From the NCBI GenBank assembly GCA_050916045.1, contig CP051526.1, positions 3,744,001 through 3,808,000 of the forward strand: a DNA stretch of 64,000 nucleotides. The letters run 5' to 3'. The translations under genes were made by a program, and so were the position numbers. Below, one piece after another: positions 49,715 through 59,196 of this stretch. The stretch is from Tepidisphaera sp. GTDB lineage: Bacteria > Planctomycetota > Phycisphaerae > Phycisphaerales > UBA1924. Position 1 is the stretch's first letter. Every line of letters begins with the position of its first letter. The notes beneath the pieces were generated by a model. The model was not told the DNA's origin. It worked only from the letters and a program-made list of their open reading frames with translations, and did no database searches.

Positions 49715-50281
49715 ATGTTCCAGAACCGCGCCACGGGTTTTCGCATGCTGGCCCGGTCCGGCTTGGCCGTGATGATGGTCCTCCTCGTGATGGTCACCGG
49801 GGTCGGCTGCTCGACGGGCCCTTCGGATGCGGACATCAAGACGATCAAGATCGCTCCGTTCCGGGCGTTGGTGGAGGAATCAAAGACCAAGCCGGGTCAG
49901 ATCCTCATCATCGATGCGCGGTCGGCCGACGAGTATCGGGCTTCGCACGTCGAAGGCGCCAGGAACCTCCGGGCCGATCAGCTCCGCCCGGAAAGCCCGG
50001 TCTTCTCGCAGCTCACCGGGTACGAGACGATCGTGGTGTACGGCGCCGACCCGGCGAGCGGGTCGGCCAAGCAGGCGACCAAGCGCCTCATGGAGTACGC
50101 GGAGGGAAACATCCTGTGGTTCCAGGGCGGGATGAAGTTCTGGAAAGCCGCGGGCTATCCGGTGGTCGAGAACGCGCCGAGCGGCCCTCGTCCGGTGGAC
50201 ATTTCTCCCTCGACATCGCTCCCGCCGCTTCAGCAGCCGCAGCCGGCGGCGATCCCGTCCGGGCTTCCGACGCCGCGCTGA
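49715..50281 (+). CDS. Rhodanese-like domain lipoprotein
   Basis: Lipobox GVGC; IIDAR..EY..SHVEGA, IVVYG, GGMKFW..AGYP. Confidence 0.8.
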   Translation: MFQNRATGFRMLARSGLAVMMVLLVMVTGVGCSTGPSDADIKTIKIAPFRALVEESKTKPGQILIIDARSADEYRASHVEGARNLRADQLRPESPVFSQLTGYETIVVYGADPASGSAKQATKRLMEYAEGNILWFQGGMKFWKAAGYPVVENAPSGPRPVDISPSTSLPPLQQPQPAAIPSGLPTPR

Positions 50282-50282
50282 A

Positions 50283-51002
50283 TCACATGCCGCCGACGGG
50301 GATGGGCTCATCGCTCATCGCCATGCGGACGGTCTGTTCGGCGAGGATGTCGACGGCGTCGTAGATGCGGATGGGGCAGTTCTCGGCGGTGACCACCATC
50401 GGGGCTTCGGAGCATCCGAGGATGACGCCTTCGCAGCCGCGTTTGGCGAGGGCGTTGACGATGTTGAGCACGGCGGTTTGCGAAGACGGCTTGAACTTGC
50501 CGTAGATCAGTTCCTCGAAGATGATGTTCTCGAGGGTGTCGCACTCAAACTCGGAGGGGATCTCGACGCGGATGCCGCGGAGGCCCAGGAGGGTCTGGTA
50601 CGCGGCTCCCTGCATGACCATTTTGGTGCCGATGAGGCCGACGTGCTTCTGACCGACGTTCTGCACGCTTTGAGCGACGAGGGTCGCGGGGTTGACGAGG
50701 GGGATGGGTGAGCCCGCCTGTGCGAGCGGCAGCGCGTGGATGACGACCTGATCGGGCGTCACGCCGAATTGAGCGCCGCCCTTGGCGAGGATCTCGGCGG
50801 ATCTGCGGAGCAGATTTCCGACGCCCATCCAGTCGTGGTGGTGGATGGCGGCGATGTAGTCGGCGAGCCGCTCGTTGTGGAGCGTGATGACGGGGTGCTT
50901 TTCGGGGGGGAGGAGCTTGCCCGCGTGCCGAGCGACCTGGCGGAAGAAGAGGGACGCGCCCTCTGGGCTGGCGCCGATGATGCCGATGTGCCGGGTCGTC
51001 AT
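50283..51002 (-). CDS. Aspartate/glutamate racemase family protein
   Basis: HIGIIG.SPE, VGLIGT..M, IFEEL, VILGCSE, D.VDILA. Confidence 0.85.
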   Translation of the reverse strand: MTTRHIGIIGASPEGASLFFRQVARHAGKLLPPEKHPVITLHNERLADYIAAIHHHDWMGVGNLLRRSAEILAKGGAQFGVTPDQVVIHALPLAQAGSPIPLVNPATLVAQSVQNVGQKHVGLIGTKMVMQGAAYQTLLGLRGIRVEIPSEFECDTLENIIFEELIYGKFKPSSQTAVLNIVNALAKRGCEGVILGCSEAPMVVTAENCPIRIYDAVDILAEQTVRMAMSDEPIPVGGM

Positions 51003-51103
51003 GCGGAAGGTCCTTGAGGATCGCTCGGGGCTGAGACGATCAAGTGTCTGGAACGCGGGGGGCGAGGTCAACCCCGCGAGCGGAGCGGGCAGTACAGTGG
51101 TGC

Positions 51104-51586
51104 GTGACCGACCCGTTCCAAGTCCTGGGCCTCCCTGCGAAGTTCGACCTTACTCCGGCTTCGATCGAGCGCGCGTACCTGACACGGATCGCGTTGCTCC
51201 ATCCGGACCTTGGCGAGGCCGATGAGAGAGCGGCGGCGGCGCTCAACGATGCGAAAGCCGAGCTTCTGGATGAGGAGCGACGCGCCGAGGCGCTGCTCGC
51301 CAAGCTCAAGGGTCCGGGCAAATCCGAGGACAAATCGCTCCCCCCGGGCTTCCTGATGGAGATGATGGAGATCCGGGAAACGCTCGAAAGCGACCTTCAG
51401 AGCAGCCCCTCTGAGGCCCGGGTGCGGTGGTCCGCGTGGGTGGCGGACCGCAAAGCCGAGCACCGGGCCGCTCTGACGACCATGTTCGCCGCGACCCCGC
51501 CGCCCCTGAGCGAGATCCGGAAGACCTTGAACCAGTGGCGGTACGTCGAGCGTCTGGCGGAAGAACTGGTCGAGAAAGCGGAATGA
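51104..51586 (+). CDS. HscB-like J-domain co-chaperone
   Basis: DPFQVLGL..FDL, HPD motif, LNDA...L.D...RAE.LL, FLMEMMEIRE. Confidence 0.82.
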   Translation: MTDPFQVLGLPAKFDLTPASIERAYLTRIALLHPDLGEADERAAAALNDAKAELLDEERRAEALLAKLKGPGKSEDKSLPPGFLMEMMEIRETLESDLQSSPSEARVRWSAWVADRKAEHRAALTTMFAATPPPLSEIRKTLNQWRYVERLAEELVEKAE

Positions 51587-51731
51587 CCTGAGGGTGCGCA
51601 CGGGCTTGGTGTTTGTGTTTTGATTGGATCCGGCCGAATTTTCGGACCCAGGCGCGGGCTTTGTCCGTATTCCTGTCGGCTTGGCGAGCGGACCGATATC
51701 GGCGGTGTGTGGGGCAAACGGAGGTCAGACC

Positions 51732-52805
51732 ATGGCACGGAATCTGGTTCAGTCGGCGGCGGGTTTGGGCGCGGTGTGCTTGATCGCGGGATCGGGCTTG
51801 GCCCAGGTGATTCCGCTCACGAATGCGGGGTTCGAAGCCCAGACCATCGGGGAGAACGGGTTTGTCTGGGGCGCGACGAGCTGGGTTCGACAGGGTGCGG
51901 CCGGCGTGTTCAACCCGACCGCCTCGGCGTATGCGACGCAAGCTCCCGAGGGTGACAACGTGGCGTTCCTCACGTGCTGCACGGGACCGTTCCCGAGCAG
52001 CGGCAACCTGAGCCAGACGCTTGCGACGGTGTACACGGCGGACACGATGTACACGCTCGCGACGCAGAGCGGAACGCGGCTTGACGATCCGCTTTCGATC
52101 CTTCAGTACCGGTTCGTCGGCTCGTGGGGGAGCACGGTGCTTGGCGTCAAGTCGTTCACGACGATGCCGACTCGCGGCACGTTCCGGACGGACGAACTGA
52201 CGTGGGATGTATTCGCCGGCGATGCGGCGGTCGGGCGGCCGATCACGATCCGGCTGCAGCACGTCGCTGGCCCCGGGCAGATCAACATCGACGATGTGAC
52301 GCTGACGGGCACGCCGATCTGCGTGCGCATTCGCGAGCAGCCGGCGGACGCCCAAGCATGCCCGGGCCTGATCGCGCAGCTCTCGGCCCGCGTGGGCGGG
52401 ACGGGGCCGTTCACGTTCACGTGGGAATATGAGAGCGCGACCAACGTGTGGACGGCGCTGACGAACGGGGGCGCGGGTCCGAGCGGCGGATCCTCCGTGA
52501 TCTTTCAGACCTCCGGCGGAGGTCTGATCTCGACCCTCAAGATCGTTGGGTTCGGTCCCGGCGATGTGAAGAACTACCGATTGAACGTCACTACGACGTG
52601 CGGCGACAGCGAGATTTCGGACCCGGCGACATTCGAGTACTGCGCGGTGGACTACGCGTGCGACGGGTTCATCGATTTCAACGACCTGATCGCGTACGTG
52701 GTCGCTTTCGAAGCGGGCTCGCCGGGAGCGGACTTTGACGGCAACGGGTTCGTCGACTTCTTCGACCTGTCGGACTTCTTCGACGCGTTTGATGAGGGGT
52801 GCTGA
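51732..52805 (+). CDS. Secreted protein: jelly-roll/CBM-like + Ig-like domain + C-terminal GC-type dockerin-like module
   Basis: GGAGG RBS, signal peptide, NAGFE...IDDV domain, I.EQP...F.W..Y...V Ig pattern, tail ADFDGNGFVDFFDLSDFFDAFDEGC. Confidence 0.85.
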   Translation: MARNLVQSAAGLGAVCLIAGSGLAQVIPLTNAGFEAQTIGENGFVWGATSWVRQGAAGVFNPTASAYATQAPEGDNVAFLTCCTGPFPSSGNLSQTLATVYTADTMYTLATQSGTRLDDPLSILQYRFVGSWGSTVLGVKSFTTMPTRGTFRTDELTWDVFAGDAAVGRPITIRLQHVAGPGQINIDDVTLTGTPICVRIREQPADAQACPGLIAQLSARVGGTGPFTFTWEYESATNVWTALTNGGAGPSGGSSVIFQTSGGGLISTLKIVGFGPGDVKNYRLNVTTTCGDSEISDPATFEYCAVDYACDGFIDFNDLIAYVVAFEAGSPGADFDGNGFVDFFDLSDFFDAFDEGC

Positions 52806-52811
52806 AGGCCG

Positions 52812-53930
52812 TCAACGAGCGGCAGACATCAGCAAACCGAGCAAGGTGCGACCCGGATCGGGATCGTGGAGGGATTCCGCGCGGGCGCGGGCGGCTGAAG
52901 CGAGCTGGGGCCAGCGGCCCTTCGCGGTCCAGGCTCGATCCAGCGCGGCGGCGATTCCGGCGACGGTCGGGGGCGCAAGGAAGCCGTGCTCACCGTCGGT
53001 GACCCAGTCCGCGCAGCCGCCGACATCCGTGACGAGGCAGGGCCGCGCGAGAAGCATGGCTTCCACCATCGCGAGCGGTGTTCCTTCGGCCCGCGAGGGT
53101 AGAACGAGCATGTGGTGATCTCGCCAGACCGCTCGCACATCGCTGGTCTGGCCCTTGAAGTGAACCCGGGCGGCGAGGCCGAGCCGGGAAGTCTGGTCCA
53201 TCAGCCGCTTCTCATCCTGACCGACTCCAAAGAGCGAGAGCGTCCAGGCATCATCGCGCCACGCACGCGTCGCGAGGGCTTCCAGGAGCATGTCCTGACC
53301 CTTGGCGTCGATGTGGAGGCGAGCGAGGGTGGCGAAGCGGAAGGGCTCGGGCGAAGCGGGCGGCGGAAGGGGCGAGGTGTCGGTGAGATTCACCGGGTTT
53401 CGGACGACGCGGGCTCGCGGGATGGGCATACCGAGCGTTAAAGCGGCTTCGTCGATGTTGCGAGCGGCGACGAAGGCGTTGCAGGAGGCGAGGGAGTAGA
53501 GCCGGCGGCACGAACGAAGCATGGGGCCACGCAAGCTTGTCTTGGGCTCGTTGAACTGGACGACGTTGATGAAGGGGCTTTGCGTGCGTTCGAGAAGCTC
53601 GAAGAACGGACGGGTGGAACGGCGGCCGACGCACTCGTACGCGGAGCCTTGCGAGAGGCAGATGGCTTCGGGCCCGAAGGCGAGAATCTGGTCGAGCCAC
53701 GGGCGGCGACGGAGAAACTCGCCGAGGCGGGAAGGGCGGCGCGGGCGCTGGATCATGGTCGCGCCGCGCTCACGGAGTGGAGCAAGCTGCGGAACCTCCG
53801 AGCCGTGGTCAAAGACGCTGACGGCGACGGTGTGGCCGGCGTCCAGCGCGGCGAGAGCGGCGCGGTGCCAGAGTTCCTCGCTCCCGCCCCAGGGGGACCC
53901 GCCCATGCTTGAGAAGAAGAGGAGCTTCAT
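52812..53930 (-). CDS. Glycosyltransferase family 4
   Basis: GGSE, KGQD.LL, PSRAEGTPLAMVEAM, TDVGG. Confidence 0.92.
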   Translation of the reverse strand: MKLLFFSSMGGSPWGGSEELWHRAALAALDAGHTVAVSVFDHGSEVPQLAPLRERGATMIQRPRRPSRLGEFLRRRPWLDQILAFGPEAICLSQGSAYECVGRRSTRPFFELLERTQSPFINVVQFNEPKTSLRGPMLRSCRRLYSLASCNAFVAARNIDEAALTLGMPIPRARVVRNPVNLTDTSPLPPPASPEPFRFATLARLHIDAKGQDMLLEALATRAWRDDAWTLSLFGVGQDEKRLMDQTSRLGLAARVHFKGQTSDVRAVWRDHHMLVLPSRAEGTPLAMVEAMLLARPCLVTDVGGCADWVTDGEHGFLAPPTVAGIAAALDRAWTAKGRWPQLASAARARAESLHDPDPGRTLLGLLMSAAR

Positions 53931-54700
53931 CGTGAGCGTTCGAGGACGATGAGGTTGGAGAGATAGAGCTTGGTCTGGGGCCTCACGAGCGAGCGGGCGA
54001 ATCGCTGCTTGCAGAACCAGACCCACGCGGCTTTCTTGATCTGAAGCGTGAGGACGGCGAGGTGGGCGAGCGGGTTCCAGGAGCCGCCAGGGGCGCGGAG
54101 CTTGGTGGCGGCCATCGCGGTGCCGAGGACGTCCAGGCCGTCGCCGATCTGCTTGTGGTCGATGACGGTGAAGCCGAAGCGTGCGGCGAAGTAGCGAAGG
54201 GCGTGCGGCGTCGCTCGCCAGAAGTCGTACGGCTCTTCGTGCAGGGGATAGAAGTGCGGGCAGGTGATGAGGAGGCGACCGCCAGGCGCGAGCAAGCGGC
54301 TGAAGTTCGCGAACGCGGCGGGCCAGTCGGCGACGTGCTCCATCACCTCGGTGCAGAGGATGAAGTCGAACGGGCTTTCGGCGAGCAGAGCGGCGGGAAG
54401 GTCGGCGTCGATGGGGCAGACGTGGTTGACGGTGTTGTCGATGTTCTGCTGCGTGTCGAGGCCGACGTAGTGGAAACCGCGGGATTCGAGGGTGCGACGG
54501 AAGGGCTGACGGCCGCAGCCGACGTCGAGGGCTTTGCCGGAGGCTTGGAGCGGCTGGGCGTGGGCGTTGATCGCGGCGGGGATCGCGTGGGCGAGCCGCG
54601 TGACGATGAACCATTCCTGCCGGGCGCGGGGCTCGTAGGTGGGGCGCTCGTCGAGGTGGGGGCGGGCGCCGAGAGCACGTGATTCAGCGGATTCGCTCAC
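53927..54700 (-). CDS. Class I SAM-dependent methyltransferase
   Basis: ALDVGCG, FDFILCTEVMEHV, LAPGG, HEEPYDFWR. Confidence 0.9.
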   Translation of the reverse strand: MSESAESRALGARPHLDERPTYEPRARQEWFIVTRLAHAIPAAINAHAQPLQASGKALDVGCGRQPFRRTLESRGFHYVGLDTQQNIDNTVNHVCPIDADLPAALLAESPFDFILCTEVMEHVADWPAAFANFSRLLAPGGRLLITCPHFYPLHEEPYDFWRATPHALRYFAARFGFTVIDHKQIGDGLDVLGTAMAATKLRAPGGSWNPLAHLAVLTLQIKKAAWVWFCKQRFARSLVRPQTKLYLSNLIVLERSR

Positions 54701-55371
54701 GGCTTGATGAAGTAGTGGCTGGTGCGGTCGATGGGAATGAGGTCGACTTTGAGGTTTCTCGCGGCGAGGAAAGCGTCGACGGCTTTGCGGCAGCCGGACC
54801 AGTGTCCGTAGTCGTCGAAGACGACGGTGCCGCCGGGGTTCACGGCGTCGTAGAACTTGTCAACGACCATCTTGACGGGGTCGTGCCAGTCGCAATCGAC
54901 GTGGAGGAAGGAGAGGCCGCCGGCGGGAATCGCAAAGCCGGGGAGGGTGGCTTCGAAGAGGCCTTGGTGGATGTGCAGGTTGTCGCGGACCAGGGGGACC
55001 TTGGCGGCGTGGAAGGTCTGGCGGACGATCTCGGGGCTTGCGACGAACTTGCCGACGTCGTCCCAGGCTTCCTTGGGGTCGTGGTCGCCGGGCTTGGGCA
55101 TGCCGGTGAAGACGTCGAAGAGGTGAGCGTGGAGCTGTGGGTTGGTGCGGACGAGGCGTTCGGCGATGACGGCCGCGGAGCCGCCACGGAACGTGCCGCA
55201 CTCGACGAACGCGCCGGGGATCTTGCGGGCGGCGGCGGCGTCGGCGACCGCTCGCAGGCCGATGAGACGGCGCGGCGTGGCCAGGCTGTTCGCGAGGGCG
55301 ACCTTGACGGTGCTGAGACGCGGATCGATGGCGACGCGGAAGGAGCGGAGGGCCTTGGAGAGGACGGACAT
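54697..55371 (-). CDS. TylF/MycF-family O-methyltransferase
   Basis: GAFVECGTFRGGS, FDVF.GMP, G.FE.TLP, LHVDCDW, DDYGHW.GCRKAVD. Confidence 0.92.
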   Translation of the reverse strand: MSVLSKALRSFRVAIDPRLSTVKVALANSLATPRRLIGLRAVADAAAARKIPGAFVECGTFRGGSAAVIAERLVRTNPQLHAHLFDVFTGMPKPGDHDPKEAWDDVGKFVASPEIVRQTFHAAKVPLVRDNLHIHQGLFEATLPGFAIPAGGLSFLHVDCDWHDPVKMVVDKFYDAVNPGGTVVFDDYGHWSGCRKAVDAFLAARNLKVDLIPIDRTSHYFIKP

Positions 55372-55426
55372 GCTTTAGGTTAGGGACGGCGGAGGATGGA
55401 CGGAACGGCCGCGGCGGCGGAACGGC

Positions 55427-55966
55427 TCAGCGGGCGGGCACGCCGCGGACGACGGCTCCGGCGGGGACATCGCGCGAGACGACCGAGCCGGCGGCGATCA
55501 CGGCGAAATCGCCGATGGTGACGCCGGGGAGGATGACCGAGCGGCCGCCGATCCAGACGCGGTTGCCGACGGTGATGGGCCTCGCGAGTTCGAGGCCGGA
55601 CGCTCGCGTTTCGTGGTCCATCGGGTGTGTCGCGGTGTAGAGATGGACGCCCGGGGCGAGCATCACCTCATCGCCGATCGTGATGGGGGCGCAGTCGAGA
55701 AAGACGCAGTCGAAGTTGGCGTAGAACTTCCGCCCGACGCGGATGTTGAACCCGTAGTCGCAGCGGAAGGTGGGCTCGATGAAGGAGCCCTCCCCCACCG
55801 CTCCGAAGAGATCGGTGAGCAGAGCGAAACGGCCGGCGAGGTCCTCATCGTCGGACTGGTTGAACCGGCGGACGAGCTTGCGAGCGGCGAAGCGGGCGGC
55901 GACCAGCTCGGGGTCGTCCGCGCGGTAGAGGTCGCCGGCGATCATTTTCTGGCGTTCGGTGGGCAT
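55427..55966 (-). CDS. maa: Sugar O-acetyltransferase (maltose O-acetyltransferase-like)
   Basis: [11 protein letters not shown]...DPEL, FRCDYG.NI, YTATHP, hexapeptide repeats. Confidence 0.88.
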   Translation of the reverse strand: MPTERQKMIAGDLYRADDPELVAARFAARKLVRRFNQSDDEDLAGRFALLTDLFGAVGEGSFIEPTFRCDYGFNIRVGRKFYANFDCVFLDCAPITIGDEVMLAPGVHLYTATHPMDHETRASGLELARPITVGNRVWIGGRSVILPGVTIGDFAVIAAGSVVSRDVPAGAVVRGVPAR

Positions 55967-55997
55967 GGACGGAACGTAGGCTGATGACGGCCCAGCC

Positions 55998-57182
55998 CTA
56001 GAAGTTGTCGATGAACTCGATGAGATCGAAGAAGTCGGTCATGCCGTCCTTGTTGAGGTCGGCGGAGGAGACCGGCAGAGAACTCCGGCCCTCGAAGCAG
56101 TCGAGGAAGTCCATCATGTCGGTGAAGTCGACGAAGTTGTTGACGTTGAAATCCGACAAACTCGGGGGCGGGAGGATCGCGACCCAGTGGGGGTGGATGC
56201 CTCCGGAGCCGAGGATCACATTGCCGTCGTCCGACACGTCGAAAGCCCGCTGGAAGTCGGAATTGGCATACGTCGAGCCGTAGAGCGCGAGATAGTCGCC
56301 GAGCAGGATCGTTTCGAGACCGAGTGTTCGCACGAACGCCACGCTCGCGCCCGAGGGATCCAGCGGGCGTGCGCGTCCCACCAGAACGCGGCCATCAGCG
56401 TTCGCCCCGAAGAGCGTGAGGTCGTACCCATCGAAGAGCGGAATGGCCGAAGCGCCGGTGTCCGGATTCCACGTGAAGGCCTGCCCTGAGCCCGGCGTGG
56501 GAATGAACGCCTGTCCGAAGATCGCATCACCGTTGGCGGTGAGACACAGATTGAAAGCGGACGTCAGTCCCGAGGGCAGCGGAACCACGAACGAGCCCTG
56601 TTGGGCGTTCCACGCGAAGGGCGCCGCTCCGTCCATCACTCCGACCATGTTCTGGCCGTCTGAAGAGACTTCCGCCATGAAGATGGTGTCCAAGCCGTTC
56701 GGCCCGTTCACCACGACAACTCCCGACGATTGCGTCCAGTACGCGGCGTTGCGTCCGCCGCCTCTGACATCCCCTACGATCGTCTGACCGTCATTGCTGA
56801 CCGCCGAGACAGAAAGCAATCTCGCTCCGGTGGCATCTTGAAGCAGCGAAGCCGTCCCGGTCGAGCGATCCCAGCGGAACCCGGATTGCTGCGGCGACGC
56901 CGAAGCGACCCCACCGACGATCGATCCGTCGTACGAGATGCCGCTTCCGGTCGAACCGAAGGCCACGACGGGGCTCGTGCAGACTTCGATGCCTTCGTCG
57001 ATCACCCACACCATGGTCTTCTGGCTTGCATATCCGACGACGACCCGTCCGTCGCCGCTGATGGCCCGGGGAATCATTTGGCCGTAGGAGGGGTGGGACG
57101 GGACCGGCAAGACGCGTACCTGGGCGTGAGCGGTACCGGCGGCGAGAAGGAAAGCGGCCGACGACAGGGCGAAATGACGCAC
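55998..57182 (-). CDS. Secreted HAF-repeat (beta-propeller-like) protein with C-terminal dockerin-like EF-hand pair
   Basis: Signal peptide; [30 protein letters not shown] repeats; tail [17 protein letters not shown]...[21 protein letters not shown]. Confidence 0.82.
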   Translation of the reverse strand: MRHFALSSAAFLLAAGTAHAQVRVLPVPSHPSYGQMIPRAISGDGRVVVGYASQKTMVWVIDEGIEVCTSPVVAFGSTGSGISYDGSIVGGVASASPQQSGFRWDRSTGTASLLQDATGARLLSVSAVSNDGQTIVGDVRGGGRNAAYWTQSSGVVVVNGPNGLDTIFMAEVSSDGQNMVGVMDGAAPFAWNAQQGSFVVPLPSGLTSAFNLCLTANGDAIFGQAFIPTPGSGQAFTWNPDTGASAIPLFDGYDLTLFGANADGRVLVGRARPLDPSGASVAFVRTLGLETILLGDYLALYGSTYANSDFQRAFDVSDDGNVILGSGGIHPHWVAILPPPSLSDFNVNNFVDFTDMMDFLDCFEGRSSLPVSSADLNKDGMTDFFDLIEFIDNF

Positions 57183-57530
57183 ATGAACCCCCTTTGGGCA
57201 AACTGTTCGACCACGTTGTGAATGGAACCCACCACGTTGCACGTACACGCCACCATCCGCGTCACCATCCGCGCCACGACGCGCGCCGCAACAACGTACC
57301 CCGCTCGCGGCTTCCGGAATCGCGGGTACCTCCCATACGCCGACCTCTTTCCGCCAGTTCCGTCAAGCCTGCAATAAAAGACCAGTCCCGACCGCACAAC
57401 GAACACGCGGCGTGCATATGATTTCCGCGACCCGCCACCCCCGGGTCCACCACAATCCATTCAGAGCCAGGGGGGCTTGGCTATTCGTCCCGCACGGCGT
57501 CCACCGCTCGTGCTTAGGAGTGATTGAACC

Positions 57531-58682
57531 ATGGCAACCCCGAAGAACACCTGGACCAAGGAAGAGCTTCTCTCCCGCCCGATCGAGCACATCGACGTCA
57601 CCAAGTTTGACGCTCGCCCGATCGTCAAGAGCTACCGCGACATGGCGTACACGAGCCGCACGCTCGCGAACGCGGCGGACATCTACTCGATGATGCTCAA
57701 GGACAAGGAGTGCGCGGTGATCCTGACCCTCGCCGGGTCGCTCATCTCCGCGGGCCTCAAGAAAGCCATCGTCACGATGCTCGAGAACAATATGATCGAT
57801 GCGATCGTGTCGACCGGCGCGAACATCGTCGACCAGGACTTCTTCGAGGGCCTGGGCTTCAAGCACTACATCGCCCCCGGCAGCCCGGAAGCCCCGCCCG
57901 TGGACGACATGACGCTCCGCAACTGGATGATCGACCGGATCTACGACACCTACATCGATGAGGATGACCTCCGCGCGTGCGACGCCAAGACGCACGAGAT
58001 CTTCAACGCTTTCGAGCCCGGGGCGTACAGCAGCCGCGAGTTCATCCACGCGATGGGCAGCTATCTCGCTCGCCACCACGCGAAGAACGAGTCGATCGTC
58101 AAGACCGCGTACCTCAAGAAGGTGCCCATCTTCGTCCCGGCGTTCTCCGACTGCTCGGCCGGGTTCGGCATCGTCCTTCAGCAGACCGAAGCCATCGAGG
58201 AAGGCCGCGGGCAGGTCGCGTTCGACAGCGGCAAGGACTTCCGCGAACTGACCGACATCAAGCTCGCGTGCAAGGACACGGGCTTGCTCATGCTCGGCGG
58301 CGGCGTGCCGAAGAACTTCGCCCAGGACATCGTCGTGGCGGCTGAATTGCTGAACGAGCGCAAGGGCGGGAAGGCCCGCGGCGACATCGGTATGCACAAG
58401 TACGCGATCCAGATGACCGTGGCCGATAGCCGCGACGGGGCGTTGTCGGGTTCGACGCTCCGCGAAGCTTGCTCCTGGGGCAAGGTCGACGTCGTCCACG
58501 AGCAGATGGTCTTCGGCGAGCTTTCGGCTCTGTTCCCGATCCTCGCGAGCGATGCGTACCACCGCGGCGCGTGGAAGGGCCGCAAAGGCTTCAAGTTCGC
58601 CGAGCTCTTCGAGAAGGGCGCGGGCGTGCCCGACTACACCGCGGCGACCAAGAAGCCCGCGAAGGCCAAAGCCAGCCGCTAA
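57531..58682 (+). CDS. Deoxyhypusine synthase-like protein
   Basis: LAGSLISAGL, IVSTGANI, IDRIYDT, GGGVPKNF, DGALSGSTLREACSWGK. Confidence 0.92.
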   Translation: MATPKNTWTKEELLSRPIEHIDVTKFDARPIVKSYRDMAYTSRTLANAADIYSMMLKDKECAVILTLAGSLISAGLKKAIVTMLENNMIDAIVSTGANIVDQDFFEGLGFKHYIAPGSPEAPPVDDMTLRNWMIDRIYDTYIDEDDLRACDAKTHEIFNAFEPGAYSSREFIHAMGSYLARHHAKNESIVKTAYLKKVPIFVPAFSDCSAGFGIVLQQTEAIEEGRGQVAFDSGKDFRELTDIKLACKDTGLLMLGGGVPKNFAQDIVVAAELLNERKGGKARGDIGMHKYAIQMTVADSRDGALSGSTLREACSWGKVDVVHEQMVFGELSALFPILASDAYHRGAWKGRKGFKFAELFEKGAGVPDYTAATKKPAKAKASR

Positions 58683-58712
58683 AGCGGCTTAGCCGAGTTC
58701 CTGAGATCAAGC

Positions 58713-58745
58713 AAAGCCCGGCGCGAAGGCGCCGGGCTTTTGTTT
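58713..58745 (+). terminator. Rho-independent terminator
   Basis: AAAGCCCGGCGC-gaag-GCGCCGGGCTTT-TGTTT. Confidence 0.8.
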
Positions 58746-58758
58746 CTACACTGTGACC

Positions 58759-59196
58759 ATGAAACCGGGAAGTACAACGCCCGCGTGCCGATGCGGGTAC
58801 GACCTCGCGGGCCTTGACGGTCCGCCGTGGGTGTGTCCGGAGTGCAACCGAAAGAACTGGCCGCTTCCGGAGTGGGTGAGGCGCGAGCGACGGATCGGGC
58901 TTTCACCGCTTGAGAAGCATTTGTTCTGGAAGAGCGTGTGGGTGATGGTGGCCGGCGCGGCGGTCGGCCCCTGGCTTCCGTTTCCGCTGATGGTCGTGTG
59001 CTTTTCGGCGGCCGTGCTGGGGGTGCTGGTGATGTCGGCCACGTGGAGCTTGTGGCTTGTCAAGGGCGACAAGGGGTGGGCGAAGGCGGCTGCGCTGCCG
59101 ATGTTCGGGATGTGCGTTGTGGTGTCGGGGTGTGTCGCGTTCGCGATCGGCGCGGGTTCGTCGGTGCTTGCGATCGCTCTATGGGGGCCCCGCTAG
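58759..59196 (+). CDS. Membrane protein with N-terminal zinc ribbon
   Basis: CRCGYDLAGL...CPEC then about three TMs. Confidence 0.7.
   Translation: MKPGSTTPACRCGYDLAGLDGPPWVCPECNRKNWPLPEWVRRERRIGLSPLEKHLFWKSVWVMVAGAAVGPWLPFPLMVVCFSAAVLGVLVMSATWSLWLVKGDKGWAKAAALPMFGMCVVVSGCVAFAIGAGSSVLAIALWGPR

Noticed and set aside
57194..57421. His/Arg-rich ORF over a short 12-bp imperfect tandem repeat (CACCATCCGCG)
   Set aside because: Two or three degenerate copies in a divergent promoter region; no RBS or coding support; not CRISPR-like
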